From positions 1 through 52,339 of IMG/VR virus record IMGVR_UViG_3300014208_000056: a DNA stretch of 52,339 nucleotides; one strand, given 5' to 3'. The notes below the pieces were generated by a model that saw only the letters and a program-made list of their open reading frames with translations, was not told where the DNA came from and made no database searches. The translations under genes were made by a program, and so were the position numbers. Shown piece after piece: positions 7,119-16,347 of the stretch. Within the stretch, counting starts at the first letter, position 1; the number at the start of each line of letters is the position of its first letter. Origin of the DNA: a virus (lineage: Duplodnaviria > Caudoviricetes).

Positions 7119-7909
7119 GGCTGGTGCGCTACCTCGGGGCGAAGTGGGCGCTCGCCGATCGCCTCGTTGCGCTCATGCCTCCGCATCGCGTCTACGTCGA
7201 GGTCTTCGGGGGAAGCGCCGCCGTGCTTTTCAAGAAGCCACGCTCCGCAGTGGAGGTCTACAACGACCTCGACCGCTCTGTCGCCACCTTCTTCCGGGTC
7301 CTGCGCGACCAGCCCGACGAGCTGCACCGCGTGCTCCTGCTCACCCCCTACTCCCGCGAGGAGCAAGAGCTGTCGATGGTGGCAGCGGTGGATGACCTCG
7401 AGGTCGCACGCCGCTTCTTCGTTCGGTGCTGGCAGACGCGAGGCGGCTACCACGGGAGCACGGGCGGGAGCGCCTGGCAGAACAATCAGAGCGGGTGGAC
7501 GAGCCAGATCCAGCAGTACGTCAAGGCCACCGACGTCTTGCCAAACTTCGCGCGGCGGCTCCGCGGGGTGATGGTCGAGCACGCCGACTACCGCCAGATC
7601 CTCGACGCCTACGACTCGCCTGAAACCCTCTTCTATGTCGACCCGCCCTACCCGTTCTCGGCGCGCCGCGGCTGGGGTACCTCCTACCCCTGCGACCTGC
7701 GCACAGATGAGGAGCACGCCGATCTCCTCGACCGCTGCCTCGCCCTGCGCGGCGCAGTGATGGTCAGCGGCTACTCGCACCAGGTCTACGACCAGCGGCT
7801 GACCGGCTGGGCTCGGCACGTCTTCAGGGCTCGCAACATGCGCGGCAACGCCTGCGACGAGGTCGTGTGGTGCTCGTCCGCGCCGCGCCAGCTTCAGGTG
7901 TTCGCATGA
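7115..7909 (+). CDS. dam: DNA adenine methyltransferase (Dam/D12 class)
   Basis: YLGAKW, YVEVFGGSAAV, EVYNDL, FYVDPPY. Confidence 0.92.
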   Translation: MRLVRYLGAKWALADRLVALMPPHRVYVEVFGGSAAVLFKKPRSAVEVYNDLDRSVATFFRVLRDQPDELHRVLLLTPYSREEQELSMVAAVDDLEVARRFFVRCWQTRGGYHGSTGGSAWQNNQSGWTSQIQQYVKATDVLPNFARRLRGVMVEHADYRQILDAYDSPETLFYVDPPYPFSARRGWGTSYPCDLRTDEEHADLLDRCLALRGAVMVSGYSHQVYDQRLTGWARHVFRARNMRGNACDEVVWCSSAPRQLQVFA

Positions 7910-9633
7910 ACTTCCACCCGCCGGCCGCCTGGTGGCCCTCACTGCCGCCGAGGCGCTGGCAGGCAGAGGCCCTCCCCACCATCGTGCTCGCCCTCGAAGG
8001 CCAGCACCCCACCCCGTGCGTCGTCCAGGCCGTCATGGGCAGCGGCAAGTCCGTGCTCATCGCCGAGCTCGTCGCCCAGGCCGTGCTCGAGACGCACGAG
8101 GTGGTCATCATCACGACCAGCACGCAGCGACTCGTCGAGCAGCTCGCCGAGACCATCTCCGCGCGGCTTGGCACCAAGGTCGGGCGCTACTACGCAAACG
8201 CCAAGGAGCCCAGGAACAGGGTCATCGTCGCGTGCATCGACAGCGCCGAGAACTTGGCCCTGGCCCTGGCTGGTCGAGGTCCTTCATCTGGTGTTTCCGA
8301 CTCGGCCGAGAACTTGGCCGCGGCATTGGCCTCCAGGACTTGCGTGCTGTGGATAGCCGACGAGGCACACCGCACCGAGTGCGACACCATGCACCGGGCC
8401 CATTCTAGCCTGCGCCCGAACGCCTGCATCGGCTTCACCGCGACCCCCTACCGCTCCTCGAGCACTGAGGAGCTCTCCCTCTTCCACAGCGTCGTCTACG
8501 AGTACGGGCCCCGCGACGCCCTCCAAGACCACGTCATCGTGCCCTGGCGCGTCGTGCCGTGGACCGCCGGCCAGGTCTCAGCCGACGAGGCCTGCCTCGA
8601 CCTCGTCCGTGGTGCCGAGGGGCAGGGCGTCGTCAACGCCGTCGACATCAAGGATGCCGAGTTCTTCGCGGGGCTCCTGCGCTCCAACGGAATCTCCGCC
8701 GAGGCCATCCACTCGCAGCTCCCCGCGGGGGTCGGGACACAACGCATCGAGGCCCTGCGGGTCGGGGCCCTCAAGGCCCTCGTCCACGTCTCAATGCTCC
8801 AGGAGGGCGTAGACCTGCCCTGGCTCCGATGGCTTTGCCTGCGCCGGCCATCCGCCTCCAAGGTCCGCTTCGCCCAGGAGGTCGGCCGGGTGCTCAGGTC
8901 CTTCCCCGGCAAGCCCTTCGCCACCATCTACGACCCGCACGACCTCTTTGCGTCGTTCAAGCTGAGCTATGACGCCGTACTCTGTGGGCAGGCCGAGGAG
9001 TCGACGGCGACGCCTGAGCTGATGCTATCTCGGGTGTCCCCCGGCGTGTGGCGGCCCGACCAGAATCCACTCATCGCGGGCGTCGGAAGTCACGTCCTCG
9101 TGCGCCTGCACCTGCCCAATCGCCCCACCCCGCGCATCGTCGCCGCTGTGCGCCGGGTAGGTCCCGACGAGGTGGTCTTCGACGAGGACCACTTCCCCGA
9201 CGCCACCGCCATCGTCGCCAAGGTCACCATCGAGGGGCTCACGGCCGACGAGATCGCCGCCCAGGTCGTGCTCTGCCTCCCCGTCTCCGCGCTCGAGAAG
9301 GTCGACGCCACCGTGCTCGAGGCGGTCTCGGCCTATCTGAGGAAGACGACCATCGAGCTCGAGCTGGCGGGGCTCATCGATCGCAAGGTCGCCTCGAAGT
9401 CGTGGCGCTCTCAGCCGCGCACATCCAAGCAGTGGGGCTTCCTGGAACGGCTCTTGTCAGGGGTGCGCAAGCGCGCTGACCTCGTGCCCGAGCCGCATCG
9501 CTCGGCACTACGCCACGCTTGCCGCGCCGCCCACCTCTTCACTCGTGGGCAGCTATCCGACCTCCTCGAGGTGCTCCTCGCCATCGTCGGTCACCACGAG
9601 TGGCCGCTGGCGAAGTCGAAGGATGCAGCATGA
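7906..9633 (+). CDS. Superfamily 2 DEAH helicase
   Basis: RRWQ Q-motif, MGSGKS, DEAH, FTATPYR, LQEGVDLP, QEVGRVLR. Confidence 0.9.
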   Translation: MNFHPPAAWWPSLPPRRWQAEALPTIVLALEGQHPTPCVVQAVMGSGKSVLIAELVAQAVLETHEVVIITTSTQRLVEQLAETISARLGTKVGRYYANAKEPRNRVIVACIDSAENLALALAGRGPSSGVSDSAENLAAALASRTCVLWIADEAHRTECDTMHRAHSSLRPNACIGFTATPYRSSSTEELSLFHSVVYEYGPRDALQDHVIVPWRVVPWTAGQVSADEACLDLVRGAEGQGVVNAVDIKDAEFFAGLLRSNGISAEAIHSQLPAGVGTQRIEALRVGALKALVHVSMLQEGVDLPWLRWLCLRRPSASKVRFAQEVGRVLRSFPGKPFATIYDPHDLFASFKLSYDAVLCGQAEESTATPELMLSRVSPGVWRPDQNPLIAGVGSHVLVRLHLPNRPTPRIVAAVRRVGPDEVVFDEDHFPDATAIVAKVTIEGLTADEIAAQVVLCLPVSALEKVDATVLEAVSAYLRKTTIELELAGLIDRKVASKSWRSQPRTSKQWGFLERLLSGVRKRADLVPEPHRSALRHACRAAHLFTRGQLSDLLEVLLAIVGHHEWPLAKSKDAA

Positions 9634-10332
9634 ACGAAGACAAAACGAACATGAACGATTGGTGCATTCAGACCGACGGGGCCACCGATGAGCCGCTGCG
9701 AGATGCTTCGGCACAAGCCTCATCCGTAGAAGTCCGCGCGCACTTCAGGGACCTTGGTGCGCGCCTTGTCGACTTTATACACGGGTCTCCGGCCGTCGTC
9801 GGGTCAGTCGCATGGCTCACACACGGAGGGGTGCTTTCTGCGCTGGCGTCAGTTCCAGCGTCAGTGCTGGTGGCAAAGGAGGACTTTCTCAAGCCAGACG
9901 GGGTGATGTGGAAAGCGCGACTGCGCAGGCAATACGACGCGATAGGCGGAATACCAAGGCAGTTCCTTCCAGGTCTTCCCTCAGAATTGAGCTTTGCGAG
10001 CGAAGAGAACGCTGACGCTGTTCGCTGTGTTGGCAATGCTCCAACAAAGTCAGCATCGCCAAGGATGCACAACAAGTTCTTTTAGAATGAATTGCGCGCC
10101 ATCAGGATGGCAGGGATGCGAAGACAGCGACGATGTCTTCCCTGTAGCCGTTTGGACTGGCTCTTTCAACCCGTCAGAGAACGCAGAGCGGTCCTTCGAG
10201 AATGCGGTCGAGTTGCACGACCGGCGAATCGCGCAGGCGTACTACAAGGAATGGAGCCAACTGCTCGCCCTGTCAGAGCCGCTTGACTGGGAGACGACGT
10301 GGTCTGCTCCTGAGTGGAGGATTGGCTCTTGA
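9630..10332 (+). pseudogene. PLD-family (HKD) nuclease-like gene split by a frameshift near 10080
   Basis: Part 1 (VGSVAWLT..MHNKFF*) ends at 10085; a second frame carries VWTGSFN..SFENAV through 10332. Confidence 0.7.
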
Positions 10333-12023
10333 CAGACCCATCGTGGGAAGAACTCGTCGCGCGAGCCGAAGCATCTGCGTCACCGGTGTCCTCGTTTCCA
10401 ACTCCTGGCCCACCGATTCGTCCATTCCCCTCGCTGGACTGTCGAGAGATTCACGTCCGGCTTTTGGTCGACACATGCACCTGTGAGGGCCGCCTCCACG
10501 TGACCAAGACGCGCGCCGTCTGTGAGCGCTGCGGAAAGGTCTACGACGCGATCGGACTCGCCGCGCTCGGGGCTGACCGAATGCGGGCCACGGCGGCAGC
10601 CGAGCTCGGTGCGCCTGTCTCTCAGCCGATATCGATTCCTGTCCCAGCGAAGGGCCGCCCGGCCCCAACGCCGCCTGAGACTGGAGAGGCATGGTGTACG
10701 GACGTTGGGAATGCAGAGCGATTCGCCGCACAGCACCGCCACAGGGCCCGCTACTGCGCCGAGTTCGGGTGGATGCTCTACGACGGCCAACGCTGGAAGA
10801 GGGACGCCCTCGGAGCTCAGGCGCTCGCGGTAGAGACGGCGAAGGGCATCGTCCAAGAGGCAGCGCGCTCGCCGAAGGAGCGCAGGGATTCGCTTCTCCG
10901 CTGGGCATCGTCAAGCCAGGGAATCGGGCACGTCCGCGCCATGCTCGACCTCGCCCGCTCAGCCCTCTCGTGCTCATGGACGGACTTCGACGCAGATCCG
11001 CTGCTTCTGAACTGCGCGAACGGGACCGTTGACCTGCGCACAGGCGAGTTGATGCCGCACCGAGCCGAGGATCTGCAGGCGAAGCTGTGCCCAGTTGAGT
11101 ACCGGCCAGATGCCGCCGCTGGTCGGTGGGCGTCCTTCCTCTCCGAAGTCATGCCAGACGAGGAGCTTCGGCCATGGGTTCTGCGTGGTCTTGGGTACAG
11201 TATCACGGGGTGCGTTGGCGAGCAGTGCTTCTTCATGACCATCGGCGATGGCGCGGACGGGAAGAGCACGCTGCTCAATGCCGTGGCCAGGGTGCTTGGG
11301 GACTACGCCGCAACGATCGCTTTCGAGGCAATCCTGCTGGCCAGCCACACAGGTGGGTGTGACATCGGGCTCGAGGCCGTCAGAGGCGCGAGGCTCGTCA
11401 TTTGCGGGGAGCCGAAGCAAGACCGCCCGCTTGACGAAGCCACGATCAAGCGCCTCACGGGCGGCGATACGATTCAGATCAACCCGAAGCACCGCGACCC
11501 CTACAGCTTCACCATGACCGCGAAGCTCTGGGCGATGGCGAACACCGCCCCGCCAATCCTTGGGCAGGACCACGGAACGTGGCGGCGCGTTCGGCGCGTT
11601 CCATTCACCCAGCGTTTTGCCATCAATCCGGCCGTCCAGGATGAGCTGTGGGAGGCCCGCGTCGAAATCCTGGCCTCTCTTGTCAGGGCCGCCGTCGAGT
11701 GGCACGAAAAGGGGCTTGGGGTGTGTTCCGTCGTCGAGGCTGAAACTGGAGAGTATCGAGACGACTGTGACCCGGTAGGGCGCTTCCTGGCCGACTGCTG
11801 CGAGCTCGGCGATGGGTACGTCTCCAGAGCCGGAGAGCTTCGCCAGGCTTTCGAGGATTGGGCGGCAGAGAACGGGCAGGAGGAGCTCTCGGAGCGCGTC
11901 TTCTGGCGCCGTCTCTCTGACAAGCGCCTTCCGCCGGCACGCACCAAGACGGCACGACTGCGAAAGGGAGTTCGACTGCTGTCCTCGCCGCCAGATGGGT
12001 GGTCATCGCCATACTCTGACTGA
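10329..12023 (+). CDS. P4/D5-family primase-associated SF3 helicase
   Basis: TDVGNAERF, LLNCANGTVDL, GDGADGKST, IKRLTGGD, GTWRR..PF, C-terminal winged helix. Confidence 0.9.
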   Translation: MTDPSWEELVARAEASASPVSSFPTPGPPIRPFPSLDCREIHVRLLVDTCTCEGRLHVTKTRAVCERCGKVYDAIGLAALGADRMRATAAAELGAPVSQPISIPVPAKGRPAPTPPETGEAWCTDVGNAERFAAQHRHRARYCAEFGWMLYDGQRWKRDALGAQALAVETAKGIVQEAARSPKERRDSLLRWASSSQGIGHVRAMLDLARSALSCSWTDFDADPLLLNCANGTVDLRTGELMPHRAEDLQAKLCPVEYRPDAAAGRWASFLSEVMPDEELRPWVLRGLGYSITGCVGEQCFFMTIGDGADGKSTLLNAVARVLGDYAATIAFEAILLASHTGGCDIGLEAVRGARLVICGEPKQDRPLDEATIKRLTGGDTIQINPKHRDPYSFTMTAKLWAMANTAPPILGQDHGTWRRVRRVPFTQRFAINPAVQDELWEARVEILASLVRAAVEWHEKGLGVCSVVEAETGEYRDDCDPVGRFLADCCELGDGYVSRAGELRQAFEDWAAENGQEELSERVFWRRLSDKRLPPARTKTARLRKGVRLLSSPPDGWSSPYSD

Positions 12024-12300
12024 GGTGACGGCTGATGACGGCTGATGACAGGCCAAAAAGCGCCATGTGTCACCCATCAAGTGCGCGATACGAAAGGCGA
12101 AAAATGGCAAGAATCGAGCTGGTGACACCTGATAGCAAAAAGGTCCCTCATGTGTGCGTACGCACGCATGCGCACATGCGCGCGCGGCAGGGGAGAACCT
12201 GCAAGTCCCGTCATCAGCGTCACCTTTGGCCTGAGCGCCAATGTTTTGGCGGCCCCTAGCCGTCATCAGCCACCTCTTCAGCCTGTCACCTACCGTCACC
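12024..12300. other. Probable replication origin (converging GCTGATGAC / GTGAC iterons)
   Basis: GCTGATGACG/A at 12031 and 12041; inverted CGTCATCAGC at 12209 and 12261; several GTCACC; central alternating purine-pyrimidine tract. Confidence 0.6.
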
Positions 12301-12327
12301 TCCCACGAAACAAAGTAGACCCCACCC

Positions 12328-12532
12328 ATGATCGTCATCAACGGAACACACGCCCGAGCCACCTGCATACCGCTGCGGCGCGCACCACTCCATCCCACTC
12401 CGGCCCGGCCGCCCCAGTGATCTCGCCGTCGAGGCGCACGACACCATCGAGGCGCTTGGATGGTCGACGCATCACGACTGGCCCCACGTCGAGATTCTGT
12501 GCCCGACCTGCACCGAGAAGGCCCGCCAATGA
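12328..12532 (+). pseudogene. Small Zn-finger gene with a 1-nt insertion
   Basis: MIVINGTHARATC / RCGAHH...LCPTCTEKARQ*; length is 3n+1; stop overlaps ATG 12529. Confidence 0.5.
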
Positions 12533-12924
12533 ACAGCCTCCAGCGTCGCCACGCCATCCACTCCATGAGGACCTACACCCAGCGCAGCAGCGAGACCTAC
12601 CCGGCCGAGGCCCATCGGCCGAAGACCAGGGGTGAGTGTCGCGGGGCATCGCGCCCGTGCCCGTGGGTGTCGTGCCCCTACCACCTCGCCATCGAGGTGA
12701 CGGAGGCCGGGTCGGTCCGGCTCGACTGGCGCTTCCTCGTTGGCGAGCTCCGCGAGACGTGCGCGCTCGACGTGGCAGACCGCGGCGGGCTGAGTCTCGA
12801 GGCGATTGGCGCGCTTCTTGGATTGACAAGAGAGCGCGTCCGACAGCTCGAGATGAGTGGGCTGGCCAAGTTGGCCGAGGCCCTGAGGGGGAAGTTGTGT
12901 CTGAAGCGAGGGAATGGAAACTAG
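12529..12924 (+). CDS. Cys-rich protein with sigma70 region-4-like HTH
   Basis: RGEC..RPCPWVSCPYHL..ETCALDVADRGGLSLEAIGALLGLTRERVRQLE. Confidence 0.75.
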   Translation: MNSLQRRHAIHSMRTYTQRSSETYPAEAHRPKTRGECRGASRPCPWVSCPYHLAIEVTEAGSVRLDWRFLVGELRETCALDVADRGGLSLEAIGALLGLTRERVRQLEMSGLAKLAEALRGKLCLKRGNGN

Positions 12925-13583
12925 AGGACGAGATTGACGCAAGAGGACTCCGCCGCAAGGCCCGCGTGCTCTTCATCAGCGAGGGACCGTTCGGTGGTCC
13001 GGCTGGTGACATCCTCACGAAGCTAATCGCCGCGACCGGCATTATGCGCGAGGATGTCCGCATCATCGACATGGCCGGAGGCCTATTCTTCAAGCAGCTA
13101 TCCGCGATCCTGCCCGAGGTCATCGTCACCCTTGGCCAGTTTCCAGCGCACGCGTTGCTTAATACCAAGACCCCTATCACGCGCATGCGCGGGAAGTGGT
13201 TCGAGATACATGGAATTCCACTCCTACCAACTTTTCATCCCGCCTACCTCCTGCGCACTCCTCAGGCCCAAGTCCTAGCCTTTGATGATGTTGGGAAGGT
13301 TGCTGCCAGGGTTGGACAAGACGCGACCGGCAAAACAATCATACGTGAAGACCACTACCGGTGGGGCATCCTTGACGTGTGCGAGCAACTGCACGGCGAG
13401 TTCACCGGATCGCACGACGGATGGATGACCGAAGACCTCGCGGCACGCATTGAGTGGTTGCGCTACCGACTCGAGAACTGGACGCCGAGCCACCTGCATA
13501 CCGCCACGTTCGACGATGCCGTTCGCGCGCTCTGCACCATCGCCTTGTACGAGGGCGAGAAAGCCGCCCTGAGAAACCAATGA
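12897..13583 (+). CDS. Degenerate family-4 uracil-DNA glycosylase-like protein
   Basis: PFGGPAG, PEVIVTLG, ITRMRGKW, PTFHPAYLLR; the catalytic segment is missing. Confidence 0.7.
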   Translation: MSEAREWKLEDEIDARGLRRKARVLFISEGPFGGPAGDILTKLIAATGIMREDVRIIDMAGGLFFKQLSAILPEVIVTLGQFPAHALLNTKTPITRMRGKWFEIHGIPLLPTFHPAYLLRTPQAQVLAFDDVGKVAARVGQDATGKTIIREDHYRWGILDVCEQLHGEFTGSHDGWMTEDLAARIEWLRYRLENWTPSHLHTATFDDAVRALCTIALYEGEKAALRNQ

Positions 13584-13939
13584 GCCACACCCCCGAGTAC
13601 ACACTTTCGGTCGCAGTCGCTCGCATCCTCGACGCGAGCGGACTCCTCTACACACACGTCCCCAACGAGACGCCGGACCCCAAGCGGGCCGCCGCGAACA
13701 AGCGCATGGGCACGAAGGCCGGGGTGCCCGACTACCTCATCTTCGGCTGGCGTGACGGCCGGGCAGTCGTGCCCCCGCTGGCGATCGAGCTCAAGGCGCC
13801 GGGAGGAAGGACCACCGAGACGCAGCGCACTTGGCTGGTCGACCTCGCGGGGTGCGGGTGGCGCTCGGCTGTGTGCTTCTCCACAGCCGAGGTACTCAAG
13901 GTGCTCGAGTCGACCTACGGGCGAGGCATCTACCAGTGA
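13580..13939 (+). CDS. VRR-NUC nuclease
   Basis: HVPNE..MGTKAGVPD..IELKAPGGR..Q..W. Confidence 0.88.
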   Translation: MSHTPEYTLSVAVARILDASGLLYTHVPNETPDPKRAAANKRMGTKAGVPDYLIFGWRDGRAVVPPLAIELKAPGGRTTETQRTWLVDLAGCGWRSAVCFSTAEVLKVLESTYGRGIYQ

Positions 13940-14178
13940 GTGGGACTTGGTACCAGACGACGACCGAGGGACCGCGCCTCGTGGCAGGACTGAGATACGG
14001 GCGCTTCGGGGTGTGCCGCGGCAAGGGGGGATGGCAGGTCGACCACGTAACGAGTGGGCTTCGGGCCTGTCGCGGGAAGGAGCTGGCCGAAGCGATTGCC
14101 CTGGCCGAGGCGTTCGACGCGGAGGTCGGTGACCCAGTGGTCACGGTGGCGAAGGTGCTGGGGAGGGTCTCGATATGA
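13936..14178 (+). CDS. Hypothetical protein
   Basis: GTGA overlap; WQVDHVTSG. Confidence 0.55.
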   Translation: MSGTWYQTTTEGPRLVAGLRYGRFGVCRGKGGWQVDHVTSGLRACRGKELAEAIALAEAFDAEVGDPVVTVAKVLGRVSI

Positions 14179-14381
14179 CCCCACGTCTGGAGTACATCCT
14201 CCGTCACGACGTGTGGCACCTTGCCAGAATCGAGACCTGCGGGAAGGGCGGGAAGACCATCTGGCGGACACTGTGCGGACGGGCCTGGTGCGACCACCCG
14301 AAGGCTGGGAGGTCGACGACGGGCGGGGCTCGGTGTCCCAGGTGTGAGAGACGACAACAACAGCAGGATGGAGGGAAGTGA
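14175..14381 (+). CDS. Small His/Cys (Zn-binding) protein
   Basis: WH..TLCG..CPRC. Confidence 0.55.
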   Translation: MTPRLEYILRHDVWHLARIETCGKGGKTIWRTLCGRAWCDHPKAGRSTTGGARCPRCERRQQQQDGGK

Positions 14382-14384
14382 GAG

Positions 14385-15014
14385 ATGAAGATCGTTGAGC
14401 CATCTGTCGAGGTGTTCTGGACGCAGGCTGGACTTGATATGCTCCTGGCAATTGAGCGCGCTGGGAGAACTTCCTACAAGAGCGAGGGCAAGATCACAGA
14501 CGGATCGTCAGAGCCATTTGTTCGGATGTTGCTCAAACGCGGGCACTACTCGGTGTTTGAGCACTGCTCGGTGTCAGCCAGAGTGGTGACAGACCGTGGG
14601 GTCAGTCATGAGATTGTGCGGCATCGCCTGGCAAGCTACACGCAGGAGTCAACCAGGTTTTGCAACTACGCCGCCGACCGCTTCGGCCAGGAGGTCACGT
14701 TCTGTTTGCCCAGCTTCTTCATGCAGGGGCAGAACCAAGCTATGCGGAGTGTGTGGGACACCGCGATCGAGACGGCCGAGATGCTGTACTTCGAGATGCT
14801 GAAGGCCGGAGCAAGGCCGGAGCAAGCTCGGTCGGTGCTGCCAAACTCAACCAAGACTGAGATCATGATGACAATGAACCTTCGTGAGTGGCGCCATTTC
14901 TTCCACTTGCGAACGGCACAAGCCGCCCACCCCGATATGCGACTCGTCGCAAGTCTGCTGTTGGACGAGTTCCGGCAACACGTGCCTGCGATCTTCGAGG
15001 AACTGGGGGAATGA
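14385..15014 (+). CDS. thyX: FAD-dependent thymidylate synthase
   Basis: GHYSVFEH, SHEIVRHRLASYTQESTR, ARSVLP, NLREWRHF..LR. Confidence 0.96.
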   Translation: MKIVEPSVEVFWTQAGLDMLLAIERAGRTSYKSEGKITDGSSEPFVRMLLKRGHYSVFEHCSVSARVVTDRGVSHEIVRHRLASYTQESTRFCNYAADRFGQEVTFCLPSFFMQGQNQAMRSVWDTAIETAEMLYFEMLKAGARPEQARSVLPNSTKTEIMMTMNLREWRHFFHLRTAQAAHPDMRLVASLLLDEFRQHVPAIFEELGE

Positions 15015-15033
15015 CTCCCCTCTCCACCGTGGA

Positions 15034-15207
15034 ATGACCATGTTTGACAAAATCATCGACCGAATCGTGCTCTCCATCGTACGACACCTCGTCACCATCG
15101 AAGCCCAGCTCACGCAGATTGCCGAGAAGCAAGACAAGCTCGCCTTCGACGTCGAGCAGCGCCTCATGAAGCGAGCCCGCAAGGCCGCGAAGAAGGCCGA
15201 GCCATGA
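15034..15207 (+). CDS. Hypothetical protein
   Basis: Short helical ORF coupled to the next gene. Confidence 0.5.
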   Translation: MTMFDKIIDRIVLSIVRHLVTIEAQLTQIAEKQDKLAFDVEQRLMKRARKAAKKAEP

Positions 15208-15404
15208 CCGAATACACCCCGGCCGATGCCGCGCTCGAGACCGCCGAGGACCGGTGCTCCGCCCTCGAGGATGAGTGCCATCGCCTGCGCCTCCGTGCCG
15301 AGCTCGCTGAGGGGGAGGTGGTACAACTGCGCCACGACCTCGCCAACGCGCAGACGGCAACCAAGCTGGCGATTGCCATCATCGACCTACGGGACGGACA
15401 ATGA
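15204..15404 (+). CDS. Hypothetical coiled-coil protein
   Basis: ATGA overlaps. Confidence 0.55.
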   Translation: MTEYTPADAALETAEDRCSALEDECHRLRLRAELAEGEVVQLRHDLANAQTATKLAIAIIDLRDGQ

Positions 15405-16042
15405 CCGCGACAGAAGCAGCTCGACGACTTGGCGTCAACGTCACACTCGTGGTGAAGCGCATCAAGCTCGGGGAGCTCGCCGCCACCTTCGTCCCGGTCG
15501 GTCGCCAAAGCCGCTGGGAGATTCGCGAGGAGGACCTCCCCGCGAGCATCGAGCGCCGCAAGGGTGGATGGCAACGCGGGCGGTCTCGCGCCCCAGCGCC
15601 AGAATGCTCCGAGCCAAGCGAGACTTGGCCGGCCGACGAGCCCCTGCCCGAGCGCCCGAGATTCCGCGGTGAATGTGAGGCCGGCCCGCGCCCGTGCCCC
15701 TGGCTCGGCTGTCGCTATCACCTGGCCCTGCTCTTGTACCTCCGCACCTTTCGAGTCGACCCACGATTCTGGCTCGGCACCATGGACGAGACCTGTGCCC
15801 TGGACGTTGCAGCGCGCGGCCCGCACACTCTCGAGGAGGTGGGCGAGTTCTTCGGCGTTGGACGCGAGAGGATTCGTCAGTGCCAGTCGACCGCGCTGGC
15901 GAAGCTGTTGGAGGTAGCGCCGGCCATCCCCGACGAGGAGCCGATGCCGTGCGGGGGTAAGTCTGGGCGAGGCTGGGCGAAGACGAGCGACCGGGCGCTG
16001 ATGGTGACTCCGGCCGGGAAGCCAGGGTGGAGGCGGCAGTGA
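15401..16042 (+). CDS. Xis-like HTH fused to a Cys-rich sigma-region-4-like domain
   Basis: MTATEAARRLGV..IKLGEL; C-terminal half is paralogous to 12529..12924. Confidence 0.75.
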   Translation: MTATEAARRLGVNVTLVVKRIKLGELAATFVPVGRQSRWEIREEDLPASIERRKGGWQRGRSRAPAPECSEPSETWPADEPLPERPRFRGECEAGPRPCPWLGCRYHLALLLYLRTFRVDPRFWLGTMDETCALDVAARGPHTLEEVGEFFGVGRERIRQCQSTALAKLLEVAPAIPDEEPMPCGGKSGRGWAKTSDRALMVTPAGKPGWRRQ

Positions 16043-16347
16043 TTGGCACACTGGTCGCAGAGACTGGATTCCGTGAGTGGGTGTGGGACTCCGTGCTCGA
16101 GAAGTACCGACTCGACCTCGACGGCGGATTCGCCGTGGCGTCGCCCTCGGCTGGAGGGTGGAGAGTGCGCTTGGTGGTCGAGTGGAATGCCGAGGCGCGA
16201 GGGGATGACGTGAGAGCGGCATGGCAACGGCTGGTTGAGGGCCTGCCGCGAGGCTGGCAGTCGTGGTTGTCGTCGCAGGGGTCAGACCGGTGGTACAAGG
16301 GCAGCGAGGCCGAGCAGAGGCAGAGGGAGGCGATTAGCCATGAGTGA
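16039..16347 (+). CDS. Hypothetical protein
   Basis: Overlap-coupled ORF. Confidence 0.5.
   Translation: MIGTLVAETGFREWVWDSVLEKYRLDLDGGFAVASPSAGGWRVRLVVEWNAEARGDDVRAAWQRLVEGLPRGWQSWLSSQGSDRWYKGSEAEQRQREAISHE

Noticed and set aside
12354-13504. Diversity-generating retroelement TR/VR pair
   Set aside because: The repeat is only 20 nt, has no adenine-specific mismatches, and no reverse transcriptase is in the window.
16044-16059. Sigma54-like TGGCACACTGGTCGCA
   Set aside because: Inside a CDS start with a -12 mismatch; plausible by chance in high-GC DNA.
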